From Octopus vulgaris (Eukaryota): a DNA stretch of 64,000 nucleotides. How positions within the stretch are numbered: the first letter of the stretch is position 1; each line of letters opens with the position of its first letter. Under the pieces are notes generated by a model, which worked only from the letters and a program-made list of their open reading frames with translations, ran no database searches and was not told the origin of the DNA. The stretch spans positions 127,038,001-127,102,000 of the forward strand of contig OX597816.1 in the NCBI GenBank assembly GCA_951406725.2, read 5' to 3'. The position numbers and the translations under genes were made by a program. Shown here piece by piece: positions 12,960 through 24,657 of the stretch.

Positions 12960-13160
12960 TTTCTGATTTAGGACAAGACCAAGAAATTTGATGAGAAGAA
13001 TTAGTTGATACCCTCAATCCTTAGTGCTTGGCTGGTACTTTATCTTACATTCCATGGAGGGATAAAAGCAATGTTGACTTTGGCAGGATTTGGACATGGA
13101 ATTAAAAGACCTGGAACAAATACTGTATGGTCTAATGATTCTGCCAGTTTGCTACCTTAA
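12960..13160 (-). mobile_element. SINE family B (degenerate)
   Basis: GGATAAAAGCAATGTTGACTTTGGCAGGATTTG and ATTCTGCCAGTTTGCTACCTT match 34527-34737. Confidence 0.55.
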
Positions 13161-13185
13161 AGGATTTCATTATAATGTGCACTGA

Positions 13186-13680
13186 GTCATCGTTTTCCAG
13201 GTTGACATGGGTTAGACGGTTTGACAGGGGTGGGCAAGCCAGAGGGGTGTACCAAGTGCAATTTAGCTGTTGTGGCATGGTTTCTATGGCTGGATGCCTT
13301 TTCTAATGCCATCTACTTTACTGAGTGTACTGATTGCTTTTTATGTGAAACCAGCACAAGTGCCTTTTATATGGCACCAACACCAGAGGGTTTGCTAAAA
13401 AGGCTTGCAAGACAAGGATCTATCAGCTGAGTGGGGAAGTGAAAATGAGGGAGGTGGCTGTGTACTAGGATAGAGGTTAGGGTGTGATAGAGGAACAGAG
13501 GTAGTTCTCTTTCTATAAAGGAGATACTTGGTTACCCCAGTAGGACAAAGAAAATAAAGACAGGAGAGAGTTAGAGAGAAATATAGAGACAGTTTGAGTG
13601 AGACAGAGTGAGAAAGGAAAAATGGATGGTGTTGGAGATGTATTGGAGCCTAACCACAAGAAAGAATAGCATTATGAGTT
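13186..13680 (-). mobile_element. Old LINE remnant: RTE-type tail plus purine-skewed body
   Basis: GGATGCCTTTTCTAATGCC tail, then a block homologous to 44015-44130 and 49795-49915 (GTGGCT...AGAGGAACAGA...GATAC). Confidence 0.55.
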
Positions 13681-14084
13681 AATATTTAGGAACATTAGTA
13701 AGTAGTTTTCTCCTTTCCTTTTGTACTGCTATCCACCCTCGACTGTTTATGAATACACCTCTGGAATGGTTACATATTAGATTTACCTCATTACCCTTAT
13801 TATCATTGTTATACAATATTTATTGTGTATAAAAATATTTTTTCACTTCATTTATGCATAAAAGCATGATGGTAATAAGATGATTTTAATTAATAATACT
13901 GTTCATTTCGATTTCAATGTAAAGACTAAAAGGAATTAAAAAGATTTAATTGATTTCTTGGTACAAATTTTTTTCTTATAGTATAAGAAATGTTTGCAGA
14001 AAATGCTGTATGTAACCTATTTTCATGTCCATTCATTTGTACATCAACTATAACATAGAATAATATTAAAGCTCTTTGACTCAG

Positions 14085-14444
14085 ATATTTACCCTGCATG
14101 TGTAAGCAAAAGCAGGGTATTGTAATCACTGATCTTCATCTGTTTGTCCGTGTGTTAGCAAAATTACTAAAAAGCAGCTGAACAGATTTTCTGCACATTT
14201 GGCAGAAATATTCATTGGGTGGGTGGTTTGAACTGATAAACATTTGGTTTGATTATCTTTAAAAAAAAAAGAAAATTGTTTTTTTTAATTCAAACTTACA
14301 AATTTCTCAACAAGCAAGTGGCCACATTATTTTGTTCACTTTCTTTTTCATATGAATCAACCCTTGTCTGCATGTGTGTAAATTATGGTTTACCTATGTG
14401 CATAGACACGTGTGGGTATACACAAACATACATACATATGTGAC

Positions 14445-14478
<34 letters not shown>

Positions 14479-14865
14479 TGTACAGTGATGGATTCAAGGA
14501 TTTTGTATATTTACAACATAATTTCTTAATTTCACCACAGTATAAATATGTATAATGGTGATACTTAAAAAGAAAATTTAGAAATTTTTTTAAAAAATTG
14601 AACTTACAAATTTCCCAATAACCAAATTGTCATATTATTTTGTTCACTTTCTGTATCATATGAATCAACCCTTCTTTGTGTGTGTATAAATCATGGTGTA
14701 CCTATACATGTAGACACATGTTGATACATGCATACATACATAAGTACATACATAGATATATATGTGTGTGTGTGTGTGTGTGCACTGATGGATTGAGGGT
14801 TTCATTTATTTATGAGTTGCTTTCTTAATTTCATAGGAGTATAAACACCTATAATGATGATACAA
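14085..14865 (+). mobile_element. Helentron/HINE-like non-autonomous element with two diverged ~305-bp tandem units
   Basis: TTTACCCTGC...GCAGGGTAT hairpin at the start, then TCTGTTTGTCCGTGTGTTAGCAAAATTACT. Units ~14262-14565 and ~14570-14865 share AACTTACAAATTTC, ATTATTTTGTTCACTTTCT, CATATGAATCAACCCTT and TTTCTTAATTTCA. Confidence 0.6.
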
Positions 14866-15435
14866 AAACATAATAAGAATTAATTCAGTTGAATTAAAAA
14901 GCGTAGGTAAGCAATGCATTGTAAGCCACACTATAATTTGCGAAAATATTTATCTGCACACAGGGTATGCATCACCCCTCTGATGTTTTCTTTTCCATTT
15001 GATGGTGTAATCACTAAGAATGTAATTGTTTTATTCTCTAAAAGCAAATTAAAATCATTTTGCTTACCTCACATTCATACCCAAACATTTCCGTAACATG
15101 AGATTTACAAACGTGTTTCATGGAATTTGTTACATCTGGAAACATGGTTACTTTATGTATATTTTGCCATACTTTTTGTATGAATGTGTGTGTGTGTTAC
15201 AGTATCGACTAGACTATCAGATGCTATTATACACAGCTGGTCATAATGCACTTCCACTTCTATCTTGATTGTGCCATTCTTTTCCATCTTGACCCAAATT
15301 GCAAGTCTAAATTGTCTTCCCATCATCATAGAGGCCTACCTACTAAGACTTTGGTCTTAGCTAAATTACCTCTAAAGCCCCTAGATTCTAGACCTTTCTT
15401 CCACTCTTGAAATAATTTCTCTAATATATATATCT

Positions 15436-15751
15436 GAGACCCCCTGCAGTCACGATACAGACCATGGTATTGTACCTAGAAAGTTACCCTCCCAGGCACA
15501 AGTCCGGGCAAAGTTGTTTATGGAAGACCAGCAGTCACCCATGCATACCGGCCTCCCTTCTCCACGCCACCAGTGTTATCCAATGGATAAGCAAAGGCCA
15601 ATACAGCTTGGCACTTGTGACGTCGCAACTCATTTCTACAAATGAGTGAACTGGAGCAATGTGAAATAAAGTGTCTTGCTGAAGAACACAACACGCAGCA
15701 CAGTCCAGGATTCGAGCTCACAACCTCATGATCGTAAGCTCGACGCTCTAA

Positions 15752-15754
<3 letters not shown>
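15436..15754 (-). mobile_element. tRNA-derived SINE, family C (CORE-like)
   Basis: Minus strand TGGTTAGAGCG (A box) ... GAGCTCGAATCC (B box), then GTGTTCTTCAGCAAGACACTTTATTTCAC...CTCCAGTTCACTCA. Confidence 0.8.
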
Positions 15755-15789
<35 letters not shown>

Positions 15790-16644
15790 CAAATTTACAG
15801 AAAACAAGAAACAATGACAGCTGTAGGAACAGCAGGCAGGTGTGTTAGTTTAACACTTGAGAAGAATGGAAAAGTCTTTTATATTTTGAGCCTGCTGTTT
15901 TTGATAGAAAAGATTAAGAGGGAAAAAAAAGGAGAATGAAAAAAAGCAAAGAGAGAAAAAATATACTTGAGTGAAATTGAAATTTGCTTCACAGTCAAGA
16001 GATGTTGTATTCTATGTTGCCTTACCATATTAGGTGAATATATTTTACCATAGCCTGGGTTGACTATAGTCTTGTATAGAAAATTGGGTAGATAGAAGCA
16101 AAGCGGCAGCCCATTAGATGTATTATATTTGTCATTCAGTAGTTCTGTCCTGTCACATATTTTGCCTTGCTGATTTAACCTGAGAAAAATATTAAGGGTA
16201 TACATGTTTAAGAAATGTTTAACAATTTGGATTTTCATTTACCAAGTTAGTAGTTCAATTGACTAAACAAAAAGAAATAAATGTTTATCATAAGACAAAT
16301 AGAAGATTTATCACACTCATATGGGTGTTTGAATGAATGTGTATGTGTGTGTGTAATCTTCTGTAATTGAAATAAGCTTTTGAAATAAAAGTAATACCTT
16401 TTTAATATTATAATAATATAGTAAAGCAAAATAAAAAAAATAGAAAAAGCAATATGTTCAATCAGTTAAGTTAGCTTTGTTGGTTTTGATAAAATTAATA
16501 ATGCCAACACTGACTGTCAATACAAGAATAATATTTAAAATGTATGAATGATTAATAAAATGAATTTAAAAAGTGAAAATATATTTCTTAAAAAATCGAC
16601 TTCAAAAACTGGTTAAAAATTAAAAAATTTTTCTTTATAGCATT

Positions 16645-16753
16645 TATTAACTTTTATTTATAATATAATTATTTCTTTTCTTTTGTAGGTAAGTCTTCAT
16701 TTTCTTTTATTGAAATTTGGAATTATAATTGTCACTTCTAAATCAAGGTAAGA
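16645..16753 (+). promoter_or_regulatory. Candidate recursive splice site with 59-nt cryptic exon
   Basis: TTAAC branch-like motif, AG-free run, then TTTCTTTTCTTTTGTAG|GTAAGT at 16688/16689 and a second donor CAAG|GTAAGA at 16747/16748. Confidence 0.55.
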
Positions 16754-17749
16754 AACTTTTCAATATGAATGAATTAAGATATTAGATTACTATCTAATTT
16801 AGCCAACAATATGGATGCAATTTTATTCACTTCCTATATAACAAGTTAATAATGAGGCACTTTAGCATATTCCGTTATCTTTTCATTATTGACATTAAAA
16901 CGCTAATGAGATTTGTTTGCTTTCAGGAACATACCTTTAAGCTAAGCACATAGAAACAATTTCTGCTGATAAGTGCCTTATTGGGGTAGCTCTAATAAAG
17001 TATATCTGCAAGATATTTTGCAATATTCTAATTTGCAACAAGCTAATCAGTGTACAAGCTGTTGATCTATGTAATACAAATTAAAGAAAATCAAAATCTA
17101 CTTTTCATCTATTACAAATCTAGAAAGACATGCAATATGTAAAATATGCTGCATGTAGAGTAACTGTTAAATTTCATCAGATTTTCCTGTAAGTTATGGG
17201 AATCAGCCCATTTCAAGTTTGTAAACTGTTCTAATTATTCTCAGCTTATTGCATAATTTTCTGGAGGTAGTTTAGAACAAGTAATCACCTGTAAAGGACA
17301 TTTACAGGTGTGAAATTGCTAACTACTGTATATAATTAATGTATGCTAGGAAGCAGCAAAGTAATCAATGAGGTCAGAAATTGAATGCATGTCTATATCT
17401 TTAATTTCCCTAACAGATTGTTTATTAATTGTTGTAAGCTATTTATAGCATAATATGTGACTGGTTGTGGTGAGTCCTGGATTGATACAAGAAACACAAA
17501 ATCAAAGGAATCACTGTCATTCATTGCATATGCCAAATGGTAAATGCTATTAAGGCAAATATTTTCTCTACAGCAATTTCAAATGTCTTTTAAGCATAAG
17601 AAAATCAGTTAAGTTGCTATTTGGATACTTGCATCACTATTGTCATCAGGAACTAAGATGAATATACCACTAGCAAAGTTCTGAGTGTGGCAGCAACTGC
17701 TGCACTACTGTCCTCCTTTGCTGACCATAATTTTTGAGAGATGTCTATT

Positions 17750-18080
17750 ATCCTGCATTGGTTAGTTTTCACATGATGATTTCACTGAGGGCAAGTCTTG
17801 GTATTGCATCCCAAAGCTATCTTCCTACTATTTTGTTTGTCACCTGGCAGCGGTTACTATAAAGTAGTTCATTGGACACTTTCTGTAACTCGCTTTTACT
17901 GAAGGCCAATTGAAGCATCCAAGAACAGTAGCCATTGAGGAACTTCATCATGGACTTAGTTTTACACTGCAAATGGGAAGTCTTGATCACTGCTATAAAG
18001 ATTCTTTTCTTGAACTGTCATCATATCACTGAGTACTTTCCAGAAAAAAACTTGTATGCACTCTAATGACCCACTATGCA
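17750..18080 (-). mobile_element. Very degenerate RTE/RTEX-like LINE fragment
   Basis: Minus-strand RIFIAVI...FLNGYCSWMLQLA resembles the RTE C-terminal KIRIF.A...LDGCYTRMLRMAL segment. Confidence 0.35.
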
Positions 18081-19930
18081 TCATGAAAAAACACAAAGTC
18101 AAAAACTTGCATGAGCAGGGAAACTTCATTATCTTGAGAGGCTTATGACTAGAGCTAGGTTGTAAACTATTTACTCTATCTTCTTATTATGATAGTGTAC
18201 CTCCAGGAGTGTGAGTGTTTGGTAATGTATACTTCATGATAGAGAAGCAGCATTTATATTGTACAACTACATGTTATTTTTCTCATAGGCTTAAGATTTT
18301 GCAGGCCACAATAGCAGAAAGATTTTTGTGCAAAATATTTTTGTTTTGCTCTACTGTATTATTCTTAATACCATTCTTAATATAATTTTTTTTGTACATA
18401 GTCAAATATTTCAATTACATTTATATTTTAATTTAATCCTACTTTGATATGACTTGGCAATTTTTACTGAGTAGTTGAATAAATGTAAATGTATAACATA
18501 ATTAAGGTTTCGTTTATTTATAATAATGTATTTAATAATTTGGCATATATATAACAATGAATTGTAGGAATTAATAATCAAATAGTTACAAGGATTATGC
18601 TTGTTTATACTTGTTTTCTTATTTCACAATCACAGATCTTAAAATTTCTATCTGCAAAAATTAAACCATAATAGTTAATTACTCTCCACTAAATGAAGAT
18701 TAGACAACCATTAATTACATTTTCCAAATTTGAAGAGATATTGCATTTTGTCAAAAGTTTTATAGAAATTTAACGTTACTTTTCACAAATATTTCTGATC
18801 AAATTAATATTCTATTGATTTATATGTTGCAATGATATTTTTATATCTAATAATGTTAGTTCAAAGAATTATCGCCATTTCCATTTCATATTATTTCACT
18901 TTGCTACCATTCCCCAACCATTCCTTATATGGCAAGTTGCAATTTTCAAACTTGAAACAAAATTTATGAAGAATTTTCAGTAATTTATAGTTTCGTCTTG
19001 TTCTAAAATAGAGATTTATAGGAATACAAATTCTGATATACGGATATCACAAATATAGGCTATGGTAAAATGTTATTTAAGATCAGTATGTCTATCTTCA
19101 TGTTATTCATTGCCATAAGAGTATTCATTTGTAAAGATGACAGAGTATTACTCTCAATGCATGACAATATTTAGTCACAACTTTCTTAATTCCCAGTTCA
19201 AAGCTTGTCAGGGATGACTTTACCTTTTGTCCATTCAGATCACTTAAATAACTTACATTAATATTTTTTGATCTGATCAATCAATTAGAAACATTTTCCT
19301 TGGAAATTTTATTTTGTTTCTAATAAAAATAAATCAATACTGTTTTACACTTGACTTGGTATAAGATTATAATTTTTTCAGACTTTTAACCTAATTTTTG
19401 TAATCTTTAGAAAGTATATTTGCAATATTTTTATCTACAATATGTTTCATTTGGTTCAATTTTTAATCATCATTAGACAATCTATCCCTGAATTTATACT
19501 TGTTCATGATATATGACACCTGGCGATAATTAGAGATTGAACCAATTTAAACTTACACACAGTATGGATATTGTAAATACACATAGTAAAGATGTGGTTA
19601 CTAGTCTGAAAAAATTATAATCTTAAAAGCAACAACTTATGTCAGATAAACATTTAATCACTGATATAGTTCTTGTAATATTTTATAATTTCTAAAAAAA
19701 TAGTGTGACTATGGTATCATGTCTGCCATATTTCATACTTTAATGCTGCCATTCTGAGAATGATGAAATGCTTTGACTTGTTATTTTGTTACATCTTTAG
19801 TTCTTGAAGATTTGTTTCCTATGTCTTCAAAAATTCTTGCATTATTACTGCATTAAACATAAATGTACAATTGACATTAAATTCCAGCTACTTTTTCCTT
19901 TTACCATTTCTGTTAATATTACTATTTGTT

Positions 19931-20185
19931 AGTACGTTTATATATTTGTTGTGCAAGATTTTTTATGTGAAGTCGTGTGTTGAAACAGATATTGTTATAT
20001 TTTGGAAGAAAGAAGAAAACAAAGGACCACTGATGCAGTCACAGGAGTGTGACGAAACAACTCTGGCCGAAATAAGATTAAGATTAATGTAAAAAATAAA
20101 TAACACTGAAGCAAAAAACACCAAATATATAGTGCGTGTGTTTTTATTGGCTAAACTTGCAAAATGACCATTCCGAAATATAACA
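19931..20185. mobile_element. Penelope-type short element with inverted end, degenerate hammerhead and 13-bp TSD
   Basis: ATTACTATTTGTT at 19918-19930 and 20186-20198. ATTGTTATATTTTGGAA (19991) is inverted at TTCCGAAATATAACAAT (20171). CTGATGCA-GTCACA ggag TGTGAC-GAAA at 20030-20057. Confidence 0.7.
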
Positions 20186-20234
20186 ATTACTATTTGTTGT
20201 TTTTAGTTTAATATAAACTCAGGATGCTTTCTAA

Positions 20235-20452
20235 ATATTGATTTCAAATTTTGGCATGAGACCAGCAAGTTTAGGGGCAAGGGTAAGTCTTTTACATAGA
20301 CCCCAGTATTCAACTGGTACTTATTTTATCAACCCCAAAACGAGGAAATGCAAAGTTGACCTCAGTGGAATTTGAACTCAGAACATAAAGATGGACAAAA
20401 TGCCACTATGCATTTTGCTCAGGATGCTAACAATTCTTCCATCTTACCATCT
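20235..20452 (-). mobile_element. SINE family B
   Basis: AAAGTTGACCTCAGTGGAATTTGAACTCAGAAC (reverse B box) and the body match 34527-34737. Confidence 0.75.
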
Positions 20453-20754
20453 TTGCTTTCTAATTATTAGTAAAGAATCCAGAAACATCACTGTCCCTAA
20501 ATACTAACAGCTGAAACAAAATCATTTCAGTTTTGTTACTGAAGGTTTAGACTGAACTTTTTCAGATAAATCTCTGATTTGGTGACTGTCACATCCCCTA
20601 ACCTATTTCAGTTTAATTAAACATGGATCTCTGTAATTATAAACTATCATTGTATGGTACTTGCTGACTTAAAAAGCCAAATCTTCATCTTCAATTTTCT
20701 CAAACAAACTATGTGGCTAAGTTAGAATTATTTATAATCTTTTACCATTTACCT

Positions 20755-21140
20755 TTTATCTTTTATTTGTTTTAGTCATTAGAATAGAAATTCCTCGAGT
20801 TGAATAAATTTACATATTTTTTAAAGCTAGGTATTTATTCTATCTGTCGCTTTTGCCAAATTACTAAGTTACAGGGATGTAAACACACCAACACCAGTTG
20901 TCAAGTGGTGGTAGGAGACAAATACAGATGCAAACACACACACACATGTGCACACGGGCACACATATACATACGCGCGCACACAATAGGCCTCTTTCTGT
21001 TTCTGTTAACCAAGTTCACTCACAATGCTTTGGGTAGCACGAGACTAAGTAGAAGACACCTGTCCAATATGCCAAGTATTAGGACTGAGCCCAAAACCAT
21101 CTGGTTGGCAAACAAGCTTCTTATCACACAGCCACACCTA
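20755..21140 (-). mobile_element. SINE family A, first of a tandem pair
   Basis: Reverse complement of 40819-41218 with an internal (CA)n. Confidence 0.75.
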
Positions 21141-21146
21141 TAAATA

Positions 21147-21365
21147 TTTTACTTGTTTCAGTCATTAGACTGCAGCTACGCTGGAGCACCACCTTGAAGA
21201 GCCTTTAACTAAACAAATCAACCCCAGTTCTTTTTTTTTTTTAAGGCCTGGCACTTATTCTATCAGTCCCTTTTACTGAGCTGCTAAGTTACAGGGATGC
21301 AGACAAACCAGCACTGGTTGCCAAGTGATGGTAGAGGACAAATGCAAACACAAGAATAAACACAC

Positions 21366-21402
<37 letters not shown>

Positions 21403-21560
21403 CTTCTTTCAGTTTCTATCTACCAAATCTATTCATAAAGCTCTCGTCAGCCTGAGGCTATATTAGAAGACACTTGCCTAAGGTGCTATGCAGTGGGATT
21501 AAACTCAAAACCACGTGGCTGGGAAGCAAATTTTTTACCACACAGCCTTGCCTGCTCCTA
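21147..21560 (-). mobile_element. SINE family A, second of a tandem pair
   Basis: TTTTACTTGTTTCAGTCA...GAAGACACTTGCCTAAGG...ACCACACAGCC with an internal (TA)n. Confidence 0.8.
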
Positions 21561-23688
21561 CTACCCCAAACTTTTTTCACTTTTTCATCAATTATTATTT
21601 ACTGTTTGTGATATTCTGAGACACAATGGATCAGTCATATTCTAATCTCTCTACCTGATTTTTGTTTTGTACCCTTAGAATTACACATTAATTAATGGAT
21701 ATTTATTTTTTGTAAACACTAAAAATTGTAACTTCTTTGGTTCTGTTGAGCTAAAGAAATTCTTACCATGAATTACTTATTCTTGGTCATGTTGGTATTG
21801 ACATCTCTTGAAGTGTCTGCTATCTTTTAGAATTTTAACTCTGAAGTCACTACAATAATTTAATTATTTTAAACTATATTTCTAAATGTTCAGTCTAATG
21901 AACTCAAATAATTCAGTTGTGATAATGGATAAATCATCTGATCTGCTTGCATGAGATTCATATATTTATTCATTGTTTTCAATGTTTCTAATTTTTTTTC
22001 TCTTTTGAATGCAGTCATTTGAAATATTGACATTTTTTAAATAGAGTATTTTCTTTCAAATAAGCATCTTTTTATATTTGGAATTCTTGGTCTTAATGAT
22101 CTATAGTTTCATAAGAAACAATATCAAATATGTTTGATAGAGAAATTCTATTAAATTCACTCTTTTTTTTTATCAAGAACAGGAGAAATATCAGAGAGGC
22201 TTTTCATTGGAGTGTTTAGAAAGTGTATTTGTTGCAAGTGAAGGTTTTAATGCATTTCTAATTATTTCATAAGGAAATGTGCCACACCAGTTGTATGTTT
22301 CACTTAAGATTTATATTTAGCAGTAGGTTAGTTCCTTATAATTATTTTTAGTCAAGTGCATAATCTATTTAGCTTTTACTTTTAGTTACTGGAGTTCAAG
22401 AGAAAAAAATTTGCTTCAGTGCAATCAGATTACTTTGGAAGCAGATTTACAAAAATTAGATTAAAATAGTAATTCTATTCTATGTAGAACAGAAGCATCA
22501 GATTGACAACAGGATAAGCCATAGTATCACAAATTCAGTTTGTTTTAGCAGAGGAATATTTCAGTTTTTGTTTTCTGCTTGTAATTTTAAATTTGTGAAA
22601 TTTTTTTAACTTTAAATCACCTAAACTTAATTAATAAAGAACAATAGAATTTTTAAAGATTTAGTGATTAAACTAGTTTAATGAAGTATGTTATGAAAAG
22701 ATTCTCCATACTTTTAATGAATTTAGAGATCTTTGAGAGATTTCAGAATTCTCTATTAAATACCGAGTTATTAATAAATTATTCAATAACTTCAGATTTT
22801 CTCATTTGAAATGCCATAATGACATTATGCAAAGTGTAAATGTTCTTTCAAAGATTAATTTCAGTTGATAATACTAGAAATGTTTTAGTATTGCTGTTTT
22901 CATATTAGGAAATATGGATTGATACAGATGGCAGAATTCTTTTTAATGTACATATTGTAGTTACTCTTTAGATTTGAACAAAATGTGTTAGACAAAGTAA
23001 ACTTCTTTTTGAATAACTTGTCTTTTGAAATTCATGATCTTCTCAAGCTCTACTAGAAACCACAAACTAAATTTACCAGTAATTGATTTAAACATCTAAA
23101 TACTAATATGTTTTATAGCTGTTTTAATTATTTTTAGTAGTAACAGCAGCTATTGTTGTTGTTGCTGGTTGTAGCGGGTGCTGCTGTTATAGTTGTTTGA
23201 GCTTTAACTGAGCTAACCAATAATCAAAGGCATTCTAACTTTGACCATCCTGCCTTTATTGTAAATCTAGTGTTACATAGTGGAACGTATTACTTTTCAA
23301 GATATAAGGAGATCATTACGAAACTGTTGAATATTACTGAGAGGAGCTCCTTTGTTGGCTCAAGTCATGCTTAGTGCTAAGAACAGATGTAACTACTTGA
23401 AACCCCACTTTCATCTTTGCTATTTTATTGCTCTATTACTGCCACTAACGTTACTAAAAATAACTACCTTATTAGCAAGGGTTTTATCAAGCACGAGTTC
23501 ATTGTATTCTGAGTTTAATGATAAATGCAGTAGTCATAGTAGCTATGGATTTCTAAACTGAGGATTCTTAATTAGGTATGAAGCTTTAGGCAGGAAGAAT
23601 TAAATAACGTATTTAAAAGAACAGAACAATATATCAAAAGAATATGCAATTCAGTTCAAGCAGTCTTCTGATGCTTTATTTGGTTGCA

Positions 23689-24296
23689 TATCAGGCTGAG
23701 TAAAAAGTAAGCAACATTTTGAAACAGGAAATTCATCACAATATATTTCAACAAAGCAGAATTTCATTTATCAAAGTAAGTACCATTACAATCAATACAT
23801 TTTTGCCAGCAAGTTACAAGTTTGTTTATTCCTGTAGCATAAAAATGTGGAGTTCTGGAGCTGATGGATTCTTTGAATGCACTTTCAGCATCGGTTTGAT
23901 TTTTGAATTCCTCCTCTTGCAGAAACCATCAAGGTGCTTGAAAAAGTGATAGTCGGTAGGAGAAAGGTTTGGGGGAATAAGCTGGGTAGGGAAGAACTTC
24001 GTAACCAAGTTCCTTCAACTTCTGGAGAATCATTAGGGAAACGTGTGGTCGAGCATTGTCATGAAGAATGACTGGCTCTCTTCTGTTGACCAGTCTGGGA
24101 CAGAAGAGTAGCAGTTTTTCATTCATTTTGGCAATTTCATGGCAAAATGTTTCTGCAGTAATTGTTTTCCTGGGTTTTAAGAAGTTATAATTGGTGAGTC
24201 CAGCAGTACACCACCAAACAGTCACCATAACCTTCATTTTGAAGAGCTCGGGTTTAGGGGAGGTTCTTGGTGCTTCATTTTGGTCTAACCACTGTT
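23689..24296 (-). mobile_element. mariner transposon 3' fragment (DD34D catalytic region plus 3' TIR)
   Basis: QWLDQNEAPRTSPKPELFKMKVMVTVWW...ILHDNARPHVS...PAYSP, then after a frameshift LSPTDYHFFKHLD. TA plus TCAGGCTGAGTAAAAAGTAAGCAAC terminus at 23689. Confidence 0.9.
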
Positions 24297-24298
24297 TT

Positions 24299-24657
24299 TC
24301 ACTTTTCTATTGACTCTTGTGGGGGGACCAGCTTGATTGTGCCTTCCTCCTTCTTCACCATAAACAAACCTTTCAATATTTCATCGTTATCACAGTGTAC
24401 CCTCCTGGCTTCCAAGTATGTAGCTGTCTTTGCTGCAGCAGTTTTCATGTAGCTTTCCATAACGCTATGCTCTTCCTCTCCCCCAAATGGAGAGAAAAAG
24501 AATAAAAACAACAGCAACAAGTAACAACAACACACACGCGACGATTCAACAATAAAATCGACAGTAAAATTATAACAGCTCTCACCGTCTTCTCACAAAA
24601 ATTCACACTGAAAATCACCGGTTGTTCAACGCGAATATATTTTGTCCAGATAGACAA
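24299..24657 (-). mobile_element. Probable 5' UTR and ORF start of an unidentified retroelement, abutting the mariner fragment
   Basis: CpG-retaining leader, then MESYMKTAAAKTATYLEARRVHCDNDEILKGLFMVKKEEGTIKLVPPQESIEK, which ends at the mariner junction. Confidence 0.4.

Noticed and set aside
3878-24296. The two mariner halves as one interrupted element
   Set aside because: Their TIRs differ and the order on the minus strand is 3' half before 5' half.
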